From positions 1-29,086 of IMG/VR virus record IMGVR_UViG_3300032303_001470: a stretch of 29,086 nt of DNA; one strand, given 5' to 3'. Source of the DNA: a virus. Lineage: Duplodnaviria > Caudoviricetes. A model generated the notes under the pieces. That model was not told the origin of the DNA. It saw only the letters and a list, made by a program, of their open reading frames with translations, and made no database searches. Made by a program: the position numbers and the translations under genes. Shown here piece by piece: positions 14,563-24,202 of the stretch (positions within the stretch are counted from its first letter, which is position 1; every line of letters begins with the position of its first letter).

Positions 14563-15531
14563 GTGCGATCCTTGGCTAATATAATATTTCTGGGTAATTT
14601 TGAAGTGCCTTATAGTAGCGAGAACCATCATGCTAAGTCTTTGGAATCTCTTGGGCATACCGTGCAAAAATTACAAGAGAAAAAAGCGGGCAGTACAGAA
14701 ATATTAAATGCAGCATTAAAGTCTGATCTATTCATATGGGTACACACACATAGATGGCAAACCCCAGGATCTAGAACAATGACAGATGTATTAAAAGAAT
14801 TAAAGGTTGCTGGCATACCTACTATGACCTATCATTTAGATTTATGGTTTGGTATTGAGCGTGAAAAAGACTTAAAGAATGATGATTTCTACACAAACAT
14901 AGGTCATTTCTTTGCTACAGATAAGTTAATGTGTGATTGGTTTAATGAAAACACACAGGTTAAAGGACACTTCTTGCCTGCTGGAGTGTATGACAAAGAG
15001 TGCTACATTCATGAAGAGTATAATCCACATAATTTTGAAAACGATATTATTTTTGTTGGTAGTAAAGGCTATCATCATGAACATAAATACCGTCCAGAGT
15101 TGATAGACTTTTTAAGAAAGACTTATGGTAAAAGATTCTTACATGTTGGCGGCGATGGTGATACTGGAACTGTTCGTGGAGATGCATTAAACCGTATCTA
15201 TGCAAAGAGCAAGGTAGCGATAGGTGATAGTTTAAACATTAATTTTAACTATCCTTACTACACTAGTGATAGGTTGTTTGAGAGTACTGGTCGTGGTGGT
15301 TTTACTATCTACCCTCGTATCAAAGGGCTTGAAGAATATTTCAAAGACGAAGATGAGATTGTATTTTATGAACACGGCAACCTTGAAGATCTAAAAAATA
15401 AAATAGATAAGTATTTATTGGACGGGGTATCAAGAGAAGTAATTAGATTTAACGGACACGAAAGAACAAAGAAAGAGCACACCTATGTTCATAGATGGGG
15501 TACAATTATAAGTGAACTAGGGGTAAAATGA
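14563..15531 (+). CDS. CgeB/YkvP-like glycosyltransferase
   Basis: DIIFVG, R, SDRLFE..G.G, HTY.HR; start may be TTG 14572. Confidence 0.8.
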   Translation: MRSLANIIFLGNFEVPYSSENHHAKSLESLGHTVQKLQEKKAGSTEILNAALKSDLFIWVHTHRWQTPGSRTMTDVLKELKVAGIPTMTYHLDLWFGIEREKDLKNDDFYTNIGHFFATDKLMCDWFNENTQVKGHFLPAGVYDKECYIHEEYNPHNFENDIIFVGSKGYHHEHKYRPELIDFLRKTYGKRFLHVGGDGDTGTVRGDALNRIYAKSKVAIGDSLNINFNYPYYTSDRLFESTGRGGFTIYPRIKGLEEYFKDEDEIVFYEHGNLEDLKNKIDKYLLDGVSREVIRFNGHERTKKEHTYVHRWGTIISELGVK

Positions 15532-16457
15532 AAAATATAGCAATAACTGGTGCTACAGGGCTACTTGGATCTCACCTATCAAACCACTACCTATCAATAG
15601 GTTATAACGTATTTGTACTGCTAAAAGATGAGCATAGTCGCACAGAACTATCTAAAGATGTCAATAGAGTGTATGGAAGTATTAATAATAAAGTTGATGT
15701 TGATTTCTTTATAGAAAAATCAAGACCAGATTATTTTATTCACCTTGCAGCACAGACACAGGCTTATGATTCAATCAAATACCCATACAATACATTTTAT
15801 ACAAACGCTGTTGGAACTTTAAATGTTCTTGAGTCATTAAGAGAATACAAAGAGTGCAAGTCAATTATTGTTGCTTCTAGCGATAAAGCCTATGGTGAAT
15901 TGACCAATGATGAATATTTTGAAGATCACATTCTTAATGGCATATATCCTTACGATGCCTCTAAGTCTATTACAGATATTATGTGTAACTCATATAGAAA
16001 TACTTATAATATGCCAATTGTTACTACCCGTGCCTGCAACATTTATGGAACTGGTGATAACAATACACAAAGATTAATTCCTGGAATTGTAAAAGCATAC
16101 AAAGAAGATGCATTATTTACAATAAGAAATGATGGAAGAGATATTAGAGAATACATTAACGTCAAAGATGTTGTTTCAGCATACGCTAGCATTCTTGCAT
16201 ACGGGGAAGAAACAAACAACATTCCATCATTTAATATATCATCTGGAGAAAGATATTCCACGCTTCAAGTATTTAACATTGTTAAAAGTGTAATTGGTAA
16301 AGAAATTAAACATGAAATAATTAAGAGTGATGGATTTGAGATTAAAAAACAGTTTATGAATTCGTCCTTGCTACAAGAAAAAACTAATTGGAAGCCAAGT
16401 CATACTATGAAAGATAGCATGAAAGAAATTATTGATTTTTACATGGACAGTAAGTGA
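15528..16457 (+). CDS. NAD-dependent nucleotide-sugar epimerase/4,6-dehydratase
   Basis: ITGATGLLG, HLAAQ, SSDKAYG, YDASK, NIYG, R.YI.V.D. Confidence 0.9.
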   Translation: MKNIAITGATGLLGSHLSNHYLSIGYNVFVLLKDEHSRTELSKDVNRVYGSINNKVDVDFFIEKSRPDYFIHLAAQTQAYDSIKYPYNTFYTNAVGTLNVLESLREYKECKSIIVASSDKAYGELTNDEYFEDHILNGIYPYDASKSITDIMCNSYRNTYNMPIVTTRACNIYGTGDNNTQRLIPGIVKAYKEDALFTIRNDGRDIREYINVKDVVSAYASILAYGEETNNIPSFNISSGERYSTLQVFNIVKSVIGKEIKHEIIKSDGFEIKKQFMNSSLLQEKTNWKPSHTMKDSMKEIIDFYMDSK

Positions 16458-16963
16458 ATATAAACTTCGGATGTGGAGGCATTCAGCCTTCTAATTGGAC
16501 CAACATAGATCTTGATCCAGAGTTTAAAACTGAATATAAAGATTTAAGTTTAATACTTGATAACTCTTGCGATACCATTGTTTGTCATGCAATAATTTGT
16601 TGTGTTAAGTATCATGATATTGAAAATGTGTTGTCAGAATTTTATAGAGTCTTGAAGCCAACTGGAGTTGTAAGAATTAGTCTTCCAGATATCGTGTCTG
16701 GTTTTGATGCATATAAGAATAACAACATTAACTTTTTTCCTAATTCAGAAGATGACTTAGATAAAAGATTTTCTGCATGGCTAACTTGGTATTCACAATC
16801 GGCATCATTATTAACAAGTAAAGCATTGCAATATAAACTGCAGGCTGTTGGTTTTAATGACCTTGCTGAAACACAATTTAAACAAACAAAATATTCAAAT
16901 GAAAAAATATATGAACTTGATACAAGAGAACATGAATTTTATTTTGTGGAGGCAATGAAATGA
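16454..16963 (+). CDS. class I SAM-dependent methyltransferase
   Basis: INFGCG, W.NID, E.YRVLKP.G...I..PD. Confidence 0.85.
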   Translation: MNINFGCGGIQPSNWTNIDLDPEFKTEYKDLSLILDNSCDTIVCHAIICCVKYHDIENVLSEFYRVLKPTGVVRISLPDIVSGFDAYKNNNINFFPNSEDDLDKRFSAWLTWYSQSASLLTSKALQYKLQAVGFNDLAETQFKQTKYSNEKIYELDTREHEFYFVEAMK

Positions 16964-17667
16964 TAGAGATGATTAAAACAATTTTAAATGGAGAGTTTGA
17001 AATTGTGCTTCCAAAACATCGTGCAGATAGACCAGAGTGGCATAGTGAAGCAGGTTGGGAAAAGTTAAGACTTAAATCAATGAATGAACATATTGGAAAA
17101 AAAGATGTTGTTTATTATGTTGGTGCAGAAGAGGGAGAGTTTCCAGCATTATGCCAAATGTGGGGAGCAGAAGTTGTACTCTTTGAACCAAATCCAAAAG
17201 TTTGGTCTCATCTTCCAGAAACTTGGTCTGCTAATAAATTAAAATTGCCAATGATTTGTATTCCTGGATTTGCTTCTGATAAAACAAATGATCTTGCACG
17301 TGTTTATTATAATGAATGGCCACCAGAGGCTGACAATGAAATTGAAGCAGCACATGGATTCAAAGAGTTATATCTTGAAGGAGATAATTATGGTCAAACA
17401 ACTATAGATAATTGCGTTTATAATTTATTGATTAAACCGCCTACCGCCATTTGCTTGGACGTAGAGGGTAGCGAATGGAAGGTCCTAAAAGGGGCTGAGA
17501 GGGCTATTAGAGAGTACAAACCCAAGATTTGGTTATCTGGACACCCTGAGTTTATGCTACAACAATGGAATGAATCTTTATATAATCTCAGACAATGGAT
17601 AAAGGGGTTTGGGTATAAAGAAACTCTTTTAGACTATCAGCATGAGGTTCATCTGTTTTATGAGTAA
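16960..17667 (+). CDS. FkbM family methyltransferase
   Basis: VGA..G, FEPNP, TID, LDVEG.E..VL.GA. Confidence 0.85.
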   Translation: MIEMIKTILNGEFEIVLPKHRADRPEWHSEAGWEKLRLKSMNEHIGKKDVVYYVGAEEGEFPALCQMWGAEVVLFEPNPKVWSHLPETWSANKLKLPMICIPGFASDKTNDLARVYYNEWPPEADNEIEAAHGFKELYLEGDNYGQTTIDNCVYNLLIKPPTAICLDVEGSEWKVLKGAERAIREYKPKIWLSGHPEFMLQQWNESLYNLRQWIKGFGYKETLLDYQHEVHLFYE

Positions 17668-18280
17668 TCTAATATTTTCTCCACACACAGATGATGCAAT
17701 CTTTTCATTAGGTGATTATATTGTTGACAATGATGATGTTTTTACAATTGCTTCCGCATTTGCTGGTATACCAACAGATGATGTTGGATATAAAAAACAT
17801 ACTACATTAAGACAAGAGCATTACGAAGCCTGTTCTATGATCAATGCTAAAGTTATTAATGGAGATTTGTTAGACGATGTTTATGGTAAACAAAACGAAG
17901 AGCGTTTAATTAATTGGATAAAAGATGTTATAGTAAATTTTGATAATGTTTATATTCCATTAGGAATTTATCACCCAGACCATATTTTTTTATCAGATAT
18001 CTTAATTGATTTGATGAAAGATTTTAATAAAACATATTTTTTATATGCTGAATTGCCATATAGATTGCTATATCCAGAGTTGCATAGAACAAGATTAAGA
18101 ATATTTGAATCAAACCATATTTTAGAAAATATTCCTATTAATTTTACACAACATAAAATTGATGCAATAAAAAAATATAACTCACAAATAGCACTTGTAC
18201 ATAATCCATCGTACATAGACGAAGATTTAATTGACAAACTGGTTGCAGAAGAAAAACTATGGAAAATTAAAAATGATTAA
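17660..18280 (+). CDS. PIG-L/LmbE family deacetylase
   Basis: SPHTDD, R..E, HPDH, Y.ELPY, K..AI..Y.SQ. Confidence 0.85.
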   Translation: MSNLIFSPHTDDAIFSLGDYIVDNDDVFTIASAFAGIPTDDVGYKKHTTLRQEHYEACSMINAKVINGDLLDDVYGKQNEERLINWIKDVIVNFDNVYIPLGIYHPDHIFLSDILIDLMKDFNKTYFLYAELPYRLLYPELHRTRLRIFESNHILENIPINFTQHKIDAIKKYNSQIALVHNPSYIDEDLIDKLVAEEKLWKIKND

Positions 18281-19121
18281 CGCATACCTTTATTCAGTTA
18301 AAGAAGAAGACTGTGCTGCTGATAAGTGGGACTATGGCTTATTAAAAGAATTTTTTGATAAAAACAAGATTGTCCCAGAAAGAGTAACAGCCTTAGTTAA
18401 TAAAGATAGGGCGTTTGTTGTTGTTCCTGGACCACAAAACATAGGTCATGAAGAATTAATATCTGATGAGTTAAATAAAATAAATAGAGTGGTTTTATTT
18501 ATTACTGGTGACGAAAGTGGATCTTTTGATGTAGATAAAATTAAACACAACAACATTGAGATATGGATTGCATGTCCTCATGATAAACATAAAAAATATA
18601 ATAGATTAGCACTTGGTGTTCCACAACACTTGAGTAAAAACTTACCAGATTATCAGGATAAATCCTATGATGTATTTTTTGCAGGGCAAATAACCCATGC
18701 AAGAAGAAAAGAACTGGCAAAAGTGATGCCATCAATACCAAACTCCTTCTATGAGCCAACTACTGGATTTGCACAAGGTTTAGTTCCTAAAGTATATTAT
18801 GACAAAATGTTTATTAGTAAAATTATTCCATGTCCAAGTGGTGCAGAGGTTATAGATTCTTTTAGATTTTATGAGGCTATAGAAATGTTATGCTTACCAA
18901 TAGGAGATAAGTTAAATTCAAAAATGCAAGAAACAAACTTTTTTAATCTTGTTTTTAATTCTGATTTTCCAGTAGAGGTTACAGATAATTGGCATCACTT
19001 AAAAAAAATGATTCCTCGTTTAATTGAAAACTATCCACAAAATATGCATCAAGTAGTTTGCTGGTGGATGAAATATAAAAGAGATCTTAGTATTAAGTTA
19101 ATGAGGCAAGTAAATGCATAA
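18273..19121 (+). CDS. exostosin (GT47)-like glycosyltransferase
   Basis: FFAGQ...R, PCPSG, SFRFYEA....C.P. Confidence 0.7.
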   Translation: MINAYLYSVKEEDCAADKWDYGLLKEFFDKNKIVPERVTALVNKDRAFVVVPGPQNIGHEELISDELNKINRVVLFITGDESGSFDVDKIKHNNIEIWIACPHDKHKKYNRLALGVPQHLSKNLPDYQDKSYDVFFAGQITHARRKELAKVMPSIPNSFYEPTTGFAQGLVPKVYYDKMFISKIIPCPSGAEVIDSFRFYEAIEMLCLPIGDKLNSKMQETNFFNLVFNSDFPVEVTDNWHHLKKMIPRLIENYPQNMHQVVCWWMKYKRDLSIKLMRQVNA

Positions 19122-19875
19122 AAGAGATATAACTATAATTCTTGCAACATCAGTAATTCCAGATCATCCTAATACTGCAATGATAGAGCAAACTATTAAT
19201 GATATACGATTTCATCTTCCAGACAATGAAATCATTATGCAAATAGATGGACTAAGGGATGAACAACTTAATCGTAAAAAAGATTACGATGAATATAAAA
19301 ATCGCATATTGTGGAAATGTTTACATCAATATAAAAATGTATTACCAATAATTTTTGATAAACATAGTCATCAAACCACAATGATGAAAAGAACTATTAA
19401 ACTTATAGATACTGCAGCAATGCTTTACGTTGAAGGTGATGCTCCTTTAGTTACAGATTATGAAATTGATTGGCAAAAATGTTTAGACATGTTAGAACTT
19501 GGTCATGCTAATACTATTCGTTTCCATCATGAATCGGAAATTCCAGAGCCACACAAACATCTTATGTTTGGATTAGAAAATGGTTTTATGAAAACATCAC
19601 AATGGAGTCAAAGACCACATTTAAGCACTGTAAAATACTATAAAGATATAGTTTTACCATTTTCTGATGAAAAAACTTTTATTGAAGATAGGCTTCATGG
19701 AAAAGTTCAAGATGATATATTTCCATATGGTGAATTTAATCAAGAAGGATGGGATACACATAAACTTTGGATTTATCACCCAGAAGGACAAATCAAACGT
19801 TCTTATCATTTAGATGGTCGTCAGGGTACAAGAAAATATACCAAGGATGACGATGCCTGGGGGTATTCCGAATGA
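19114..19875 (+). CDS. putative GT-A fold glycosyltransferase
   Basis: ITII, EII..ID, LYVEGD, YHLDGR; position in glycan operon. Confidence 0.55.
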   Translation: MHKRDITIILATSVIPDHPNTAMIEQTINDIRFHLPDNEIIMQIDGLRDEQLNRKKDYDEYKNRILWKCLHQYKNVLPIIFDKHSHQTTMMKRTIKLIDTAAMLYVEGDAPLVTDYEIDWQKCLDMLELGHANTIRFHHESEIPEPHKHLMFGLENGFMKTSQWSQRPHLSTVKYYKDIVLPFSDEKTFIEDRLHGKVQDDIFPYGEFNQEGWDTHKLWIYHPEGQIKRSYHLDGRQGTRKYTKDDDAWGYSE

Positions 19876-20909
19876 GATTAGGAATTATAGCAAGATGTGA
19901 CAATACTGGTCTTGGTAATCAAACTAGAGAATTAGTAAAAATGTTAAATCCTGACAAAATTTTACTTATTGATTCACACTCTTTTAATAATAATAAACAA
20001 TATCCAAATTGGTATAATGGATATAGTGTAATAAAAACAATAAGAGGCATGCCTAGAACAAAAGAAATTCTTAGTTTTTTAGATGATATCGATGTTGTTA
20101 TTAGTTGTGAAACATTCTATCATTTAGATTTTATTGATATAGCAAGAAAAAGAAATATAAAAACAATCTTACAGTATAACTATGAACTATTTGGAAATAT
20201 GGTTAATCCAGAGTGGCCATTGCCAGATGTTTTGCTTGCCCCAAGTATTTGGAATTTGGATATTGTTAAAGAAAAATTTGAATCAAAATGCAAGGTAACT
20301 CACTTACCGCCACCAACAGATACATCATTATTTAATGTTGTAAGAGAAAATAACCTATTAAAAACCCATAAACGAATACTTCATGTTGCTGGTAAAAAAG
20401 CAGCCAAAGATAGAAATGGAACTAATACTGTGGTAGAAATGCTTAAGTATTCTAATGCAGATTATGAACTTGTGGTAGCAACACAAACTCCTTTAGATTT
20501 TATAACCAAAGATAGCCGTTTAAAAATAAACAAAGATAATGTTACAAATAGAGAAGATTTATATAATGACTATGATGCTATGGTTCTTCCTAGACGTTAT
20601 GCTGGTCTTTGTTTACCTATGAATGAGGCTTTAATTTCTGGTTTACCCGTTTTTATGACAGATATATCACCTAATAATCAAATACTTCCTAAAGAATGGT
20701 TAATAAAATCAGATAAAATTGGAGAGTTTAAGACTAAGTCAATGGTAGATATTTATGAGGCTAACCATGAAGAATTAGCAAAATCTATTGATAACTATTT
20801 TAATAATGTAAATATATATGATAGCAAACAAAAGGCCATAGAAGTTGGATTTAATAATTTTTCAGTTGAAGTATTAAAAGATAAATGGTTAAATATTATA
20901 AATGAATAA
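19872..20909 (+). CDS. GT4-like (group 1) glycosyltransferase
   Basis: D..VLP...AGL.LP..EA...GLPV..TD. Confidence 0.85.
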   Translation: MRLGIIARCDNTGLGNQTRELVKMLNPDKILLIDSHSFNNNKQYPNWYNGYSVIKTIRGMPRTKEILSFLDDIDVVISCETFYHLDFIDIARKRNIKTILQYNYELFGNMVNPEWPLPDVLLAPSIWNLDIVKEKFESKCKVTHLPPPTDTSLFNVVRENNLLKTHKRILHVAGKKAAKDRNGTNTVVEMLKYSNADYELVVATQTPLDFITKDSRLKINKDNVTNREDLYNDYDAMVLPRRYAGLCLPMNEALISGLPVFMTDISPNNQILPKEWLIKSDKIGEFKTKSMVDIYEANHEELAKSIDNYFNNVNIYDSKQKAIEVGFNNFSVEVLKDKWLNIINE

Positions 20910-20910
20910 A

Positions 20911-20945
20911 CAGAAAAGCCAGCCTATCTCTAGACTGGCTATCTG
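20911..20945. terminator. bidirectional terminator-like hairpin between convergent blocks
   Basis: CAGA..AGCCAG.CTA / TAG.CTGGCT.TCTG. Confidence 0.65.
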
Positions 20946-20957
20946 ATAGAAGATTAT

Positions 20958-21224
20958 TTACTTCTTCTTAGCAGCCTTTTTTACTGGTGCCTTTGCAGAC
21001 TTAAGAGCCTTTGCAACTTCATCAGCATCAGGTAAAATACCGAATGCTTTATCGTTTGGATTGAGTGCTCTCAATGCGACGGGCGCTACAGCAGCAACTA
21101 GTGCAGCCCATAGATCCTTTGGATCTGTAACTCCTGCCATGTATAGTGCAAGACCTGATGCAAGAACTGAGCGACCATATGATGCCAGCATTGCCTTTGT
21201 CTTATCGTTTAGTACTTTTTCCAT
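20958..21224 (-). CDS. putative holin
   Basis: ATG 21224 after GGAGGA; two hydrophobic segments, R.LNP.D..FG, basic tail. Confidence 0.6.
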   Translation of the reverse strand: MEKVLNDKTKAMLASYGRSVLASGLALYMAGVTDPKDLWAALVAAVAPVALRALNPNDKAFGILPDADEVAKALKSAKAPVKKAAKKK

Positions 21225-21232
21225 TATTCCTC

Positions 21233-21391
21233 CTAGGATATAATTTGTGTTATTATTGTAAAACCAATCCATAGACCAATAATTCCTGCAACTCCTGCAA
21301 AAACTGGTGGTGCTGGGACTGGCAATTTGAATGCTGCAAACACTACACCGCATCCAAAACCTGTAATAATTGATAGCAAAACATCTTTCAT
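21233..21391 (-). CDS. XapX/DUF1427-like small membrane protein, not in ORF track
   Basis: MKDVLLSIITGFGCGVVFAAFKLPVPAPPVFAGVAGIIGLWIG... (LP.PAPP signature). Confidence 0.8.
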   Translation of the reverse strand: MKDVLLSIITGFGCGVVFAAFKLPVPAPPVFAGVAGIIGLWIGFTIITQIIS

Positions 21392-21392
21392 G

Positions 21393-21755
21393 TTATTTTT
21401 TTTCTTGATCCATCTCTGGTAAAAGCGCTAAAAGTTTATTAGAATAGTTATCTAAACCTTCTATTCTTAATTCATCTGAAACCTCTTTAATGGTTTGCTG
21501 TGACTTTTCAATGTATTCAAAAGCCCAATCTCTTGAATCAGAAAGAAACTTTATAAAGTTTTCTCTATGTATTGTATCGTCAGACATACTGGTACCATTG
21601 TTTGCTTGATAGTTTAATTCTTCAAGTGCCTTGGTTTTTATAAAAAGTTCAGCCAACAATAAGTTAGACTTTTTTAGTTTATTAAAAGTAGCCAAATAGG
21701 ACAGTCCAAAAGAAAAAGATAGAATAGCAAAAAATATCAAAAAGATTGTTTCCAT
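21393..21755 (-). CDS. membrane-anchored hypothetical protein
   Basis: N-terminal TM; FIKFLSDSRDWAFEYIE. Confidence 0.8.
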   Translation of the reverse strand: METIFLIFFAILSFSFGLSYLATFNKLKKSNLLLAELFIKTKALEELNYQANNGTSMSDDTIHRENFIKFLSDSRDWAFEYIEKSQQTIKEVSDELRIEGLDNYSNKLLALLPEMDQEKK

Positions 21756-21785
21756 ATTATCTATTGTATCCTATGCTAACCAACA

Positions 21786-21917
21786 TTAAAAATCATCTTC
21801 TTCAATGTCAAATAAATCTAAGTCTGATAACTGACTAAGCCTTGAAGCAAAAAACAAATTAATTGCAACAAGAATAGATATTGTTGATAATATTAATATA
21901 ATTATTTTATTTTTCAT
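21786..21917 (-). CDS. 43-aa membrane peptide with acidic tail, not in ORF track
   Basis: MKNKIIILILSTISILVAINLFFASRLSQLSDLDLFDIEEDDF; ATGA overlap. Confidence 0.65.
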   Translation of the reverse strand: MKNKIIILILSTISILVAINLFFASRLSQLSDLDLFDIEEDDF

Positions 21918-22045
21918 TTTTCTATTGTTCCTTTACATCTAATACAGGCTAAATAGTCTTTACCAGTAAACGGACAAGATCCAGCATCAATAAATGAGTG
22001 ACCTTTTATTTTACATTTGACATATACAATTAAATCTTTTATCAT
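21914..22045 (-). CDS. 43-aa Cys/His peptide, not in ORF track
   Basis: C...GH......CPFTG..Y..C.RC; ATGA overlaps. Confidence 0.7.
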   Translation of the reverse strand: MIKDLIVYVKCKIKGHSFIDAGSCPFTGKDYLACIRCKGTIEK

Positions 22046-22272
22046 TTCATGGCCTCTCTTGTAACTAACACAATTGCTCCATTATCTTCTAAAGCCTTCT
22101 TTACCTTTACCATATATTCTACAGCATGTCTTTTTTCTGTGTCAAATAGACGCATAAACATAGCCTCATTGGCTTTAACTGTAATAAAATGTTCATTATC
22201 TATAATATCTACTTTAAAATTTTTAGGCGCTAATATCGAATGAAAGGCCATTTTCATTTGATCTGTATACAT
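22042..22272 (-). CDS. hypothetical protein
   Basis: ATG 22272 coupled to upstream stop. Confidence 0.75.
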   Translation of the reverse strand: MYTDQMKMAFHSILAPKNFKVDIIDNEHFITVKANEAMFMRLFDTEKRHAVEYMVKVKKALEDNGAIVLVTREAMK

Positions 22273-22475
22273 TACTTTCTTCCCCACTGAATCTTATTCC
22301 ATCCACGCTCGTGTGCGTAATAAATAAATACTTTAACTACCGTTTCCCAAAAGGCAATAGCACCTGAAAGTGTTGCATCTCCAGTAATCACATATGCAAC
22401 AACAAATGAAGATAGGGTTCCCCATATACGATAACTTAGTGCTTTAGTAAATGATCGTGCCTTGGTTACTGTCAT
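22272..22475 (-). CDS. DUF2061-like membrane protein
   Basis: RS..KA.SYR..GT ... YY.HER.W..I.WG. Confidence 0.8.
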   Translation of the reverse strand: MTVTKARSFTKALSYRIWGTLSSFVVAYVITGDATLSGAIAFWETVVKVFIYYAHERGWNKIQWGRK

Positions 22476-22579
22476 AGCATAGGCTCACTATCGTCTGTTC
22501 CGCCAAAATATTTTTCTATAACATAGACCATAATTCCAGCAAATACAAACGATATTATAAGAGCGGTGAATATATCCAT
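22472..22579 (-). CDS. 35-aa membrane peptide, not in ORF track
   Basis: MDIFTALIISFVFAGIMVYVIEKYFGGTDDSEPML. Confidence 0.6.
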   Translation of the reverse strand: MDIFTALIISFVFAGIMVYVIEKYFGGTDDSEPML

Positions 22580-22582
22580 AAC

Positions 22583-23344
22583 CTATATTCCTAATTCTTT
22601 ACGTTTTTGTGTTGCAGAAATAGCATGAATGTCTGCACCTAAATCTACCTGTTCAATCTTATACCCCACATCACGACCATAAACAATGTTGGTAATGTTA
22701 GGTAATTTTAATACTAATGCGCCATCCATAAATTCATCTTTGGCAATATATTCTTTTACCTGATCAAACTTGAGTGGATCTTTTTCACTTGTATTATATG
22801 TATTTCGGATTCCAAGTAATACTTGTTTGGTTCGTTTACCCGCTTCTTTATATAAAGCGTGATGACCTTCATGCCACGGCTGATAACGACCAAGCATAAG
22901 TGTTGTTGGTGCAGACCAATCATGTAAATTATGTTTTTGAATTATATGAAATGCTTTTTCTTCAGCATTTAATTCATGATTAGAAAAATACACATTAGCA
23001 GTTTCAGGACGCTCAAACATTTTGTTAGTGTCTTCAAAACGGCCTTCAACAATTGTATCCATAAATACTAAAATGTCTGCCTTGCCAAATGCTTCTCTTG
23101 TAGCATCTGTAGGACATACAAAATCTACAATTACTGGGGCAACTCCTTGATTAGCAATAAGCCTTGCCATTGCACCCATACGTCTTGCTTGCTCTATGCG
23201 ATCTTCAGGAGCAAACCCAAGGTCAGAGTTAACTGTAGAGCGTACCTCATCTGCATTAAGATGAATAGCATTAATACGTTCCTTCAATGCTTTTGCTAAT
23301 TCTGTTTTACCAGAACCAGGTAGCCCAATTATTTGTATAATCAT
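22583..23344 (-). CDS. cysC: adenylylsulfate kinase fused to HxGH nucleotidyltransferase-like domain
   Basis: GLPGSGKT P-loop, AD.VR, DLGF..EDR.EQ.RR; C-terminal GRYQPWHEGH. Confidence 0.8.
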   Translation of the reverse strand: MIIQIIGLPGSGKTELAKALKERINAIHLNADEVRSTVNSDLGFAPEDRIEQARRMGAMARLIANQGVAPVIVDFVCPTDATREAFGKADILVFMDTIVEGRFEDTNKMFERPETANVYFSNHELNAEEKAFHIIQKHNLHDWSAPTTLMLGRYQPWHEGHHALYKEAGKRTKQVLLGIRNTYNTSEKDPLKFDQVKEYIAKDEFMDGALVLKLPNITNIVYGRDVGYKIEQVDLGADIHAISATQKRKELGI

Positions 23345-23345
23345 T

Positions 23346-23630
23346 CTATTTCTCCATTGTTAAAGATTGCCAAGTATCTGACCAGTCTTCTTTGGTTTTA
23401 TGATTGTTGAATTCTTTTGAAATTTCCCCATCTTCTAAGTATACACCACCCCAAACACCCCACTCTTTGCCAGATATTCCTACGGCAAAACAAGTTTTTG
23501 CTACTGGGCATAATTTACACATGGAGTCAACAATTTTGCGGTTACTTGGATCATCCTCATATTTATCAAAATATATATTAGTATCAAGCCCTAAACATCT
23601 AGCATTATCTTTCCATAAATGCTGTTTCAT
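23346..23630 (-). CDS. whiB: WhiB family transcription factor
   Basis: W...A.C, C..CPV...C, GVWGG. Confidence 0.9.
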   Translation of the reverse strand: MKQHLWKDNARCLGLDTNIYFDKYEDDPSNRKIVDSMCKLCPVAKTCFAVGISGKEWGVWGGVYLEDGEISKEFNNHKTKEDWSDTWQSLTMEK

Positions 23631-23632
23631 TT

Positions 23633-23842
23633 TTATTGTCGATACTTATCTGGAATATTCCAACCATTACGACTAGGTGAATAAACTTTATGAAGATACC
23701 ACTTGTCTTTTATCCTAATACCTGCTGAAGATGTTTTTGCAGTTTTTGATTCTTTTAAATCAATAACATCCCAACCTTGCCAAATTAAATTTTTATTTTT
23801 AAAAACAATTTTTTCCATTGTGTTTAAACTTTTAATCAACAT
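23633..23842 (-). CDS. hypothetical protein
   Basis: 69 aa, GGGGG SD. Confidence 0.75.
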   Translation of the reverse strand: MLIKSLNTMEKIVFKNKNLIWQGWDVIDLKESKTAKTSSAGIRIKDKWYLHKVYSPSRNGWNIPDKYRQ

Positions 23843-23851
23843 AAATACCCC

Positions 23852-24202
23852 CTAGTATTTAAATATACCAACCTCTATATTTTTTAATTGTGCTTCTGAA
23901 ACTAATTTAGATACACTTTCATCTGGTTTACTTAAAAATGCAAAATAGTTAACTTGATTTAAATTTTCTTTCATCCAAATTGGAGCAACTTTATAAAATT
24001 TTATTTTTTTACCACGTGCTTTCATTCCTTTTTCTGATATATTAGAAAATTCTGAAACAAAAGAATTAACTTTTGCTGGGCCAGCAGAATAGATTATAAA
24101 ATCTTTATCATCTTTGTGCATATTTGACATGGCAACTCCCATAGAGCGAATAAACACACTATAGTCATTAAAATCAGTTGTACCCTGCACTGCCACGATC
24201 AT
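23852..24202 (-). CDS. YspA/SLOG-like hypothetical protein
   Basis: IVAV.G...F.DY N-terminus and Rossmann-like pattern. Confidence 0.5.
   Translation of the reverse strand: MIVAVQGTTDFNDYSVFIRSMGVAMSNMHKDDKDFIIYSAGPAKVNSFVSEFSNISEKGMKARGKKIKFYKVAPIWMKENLNQVNYFAFLSKPDESVSKLVSEAQLKNIEVGIFKY

Noticed and set aside
10303-18759. Opposite-strand or nested ORFs 10303..10518, 12847..13260, 14628..14816, 16043..16261, 17971..18237, 18541..18759
   Set aside because: Overlap well-supported genes on the other strand; no motifs or expression signals
21225-21353. Cys-rich N-terminal extension of the holin-like ORF
   Set aside because: It is an alternate frame of the XapX-like gene; a strong GGAGGA precedes ATG 21224
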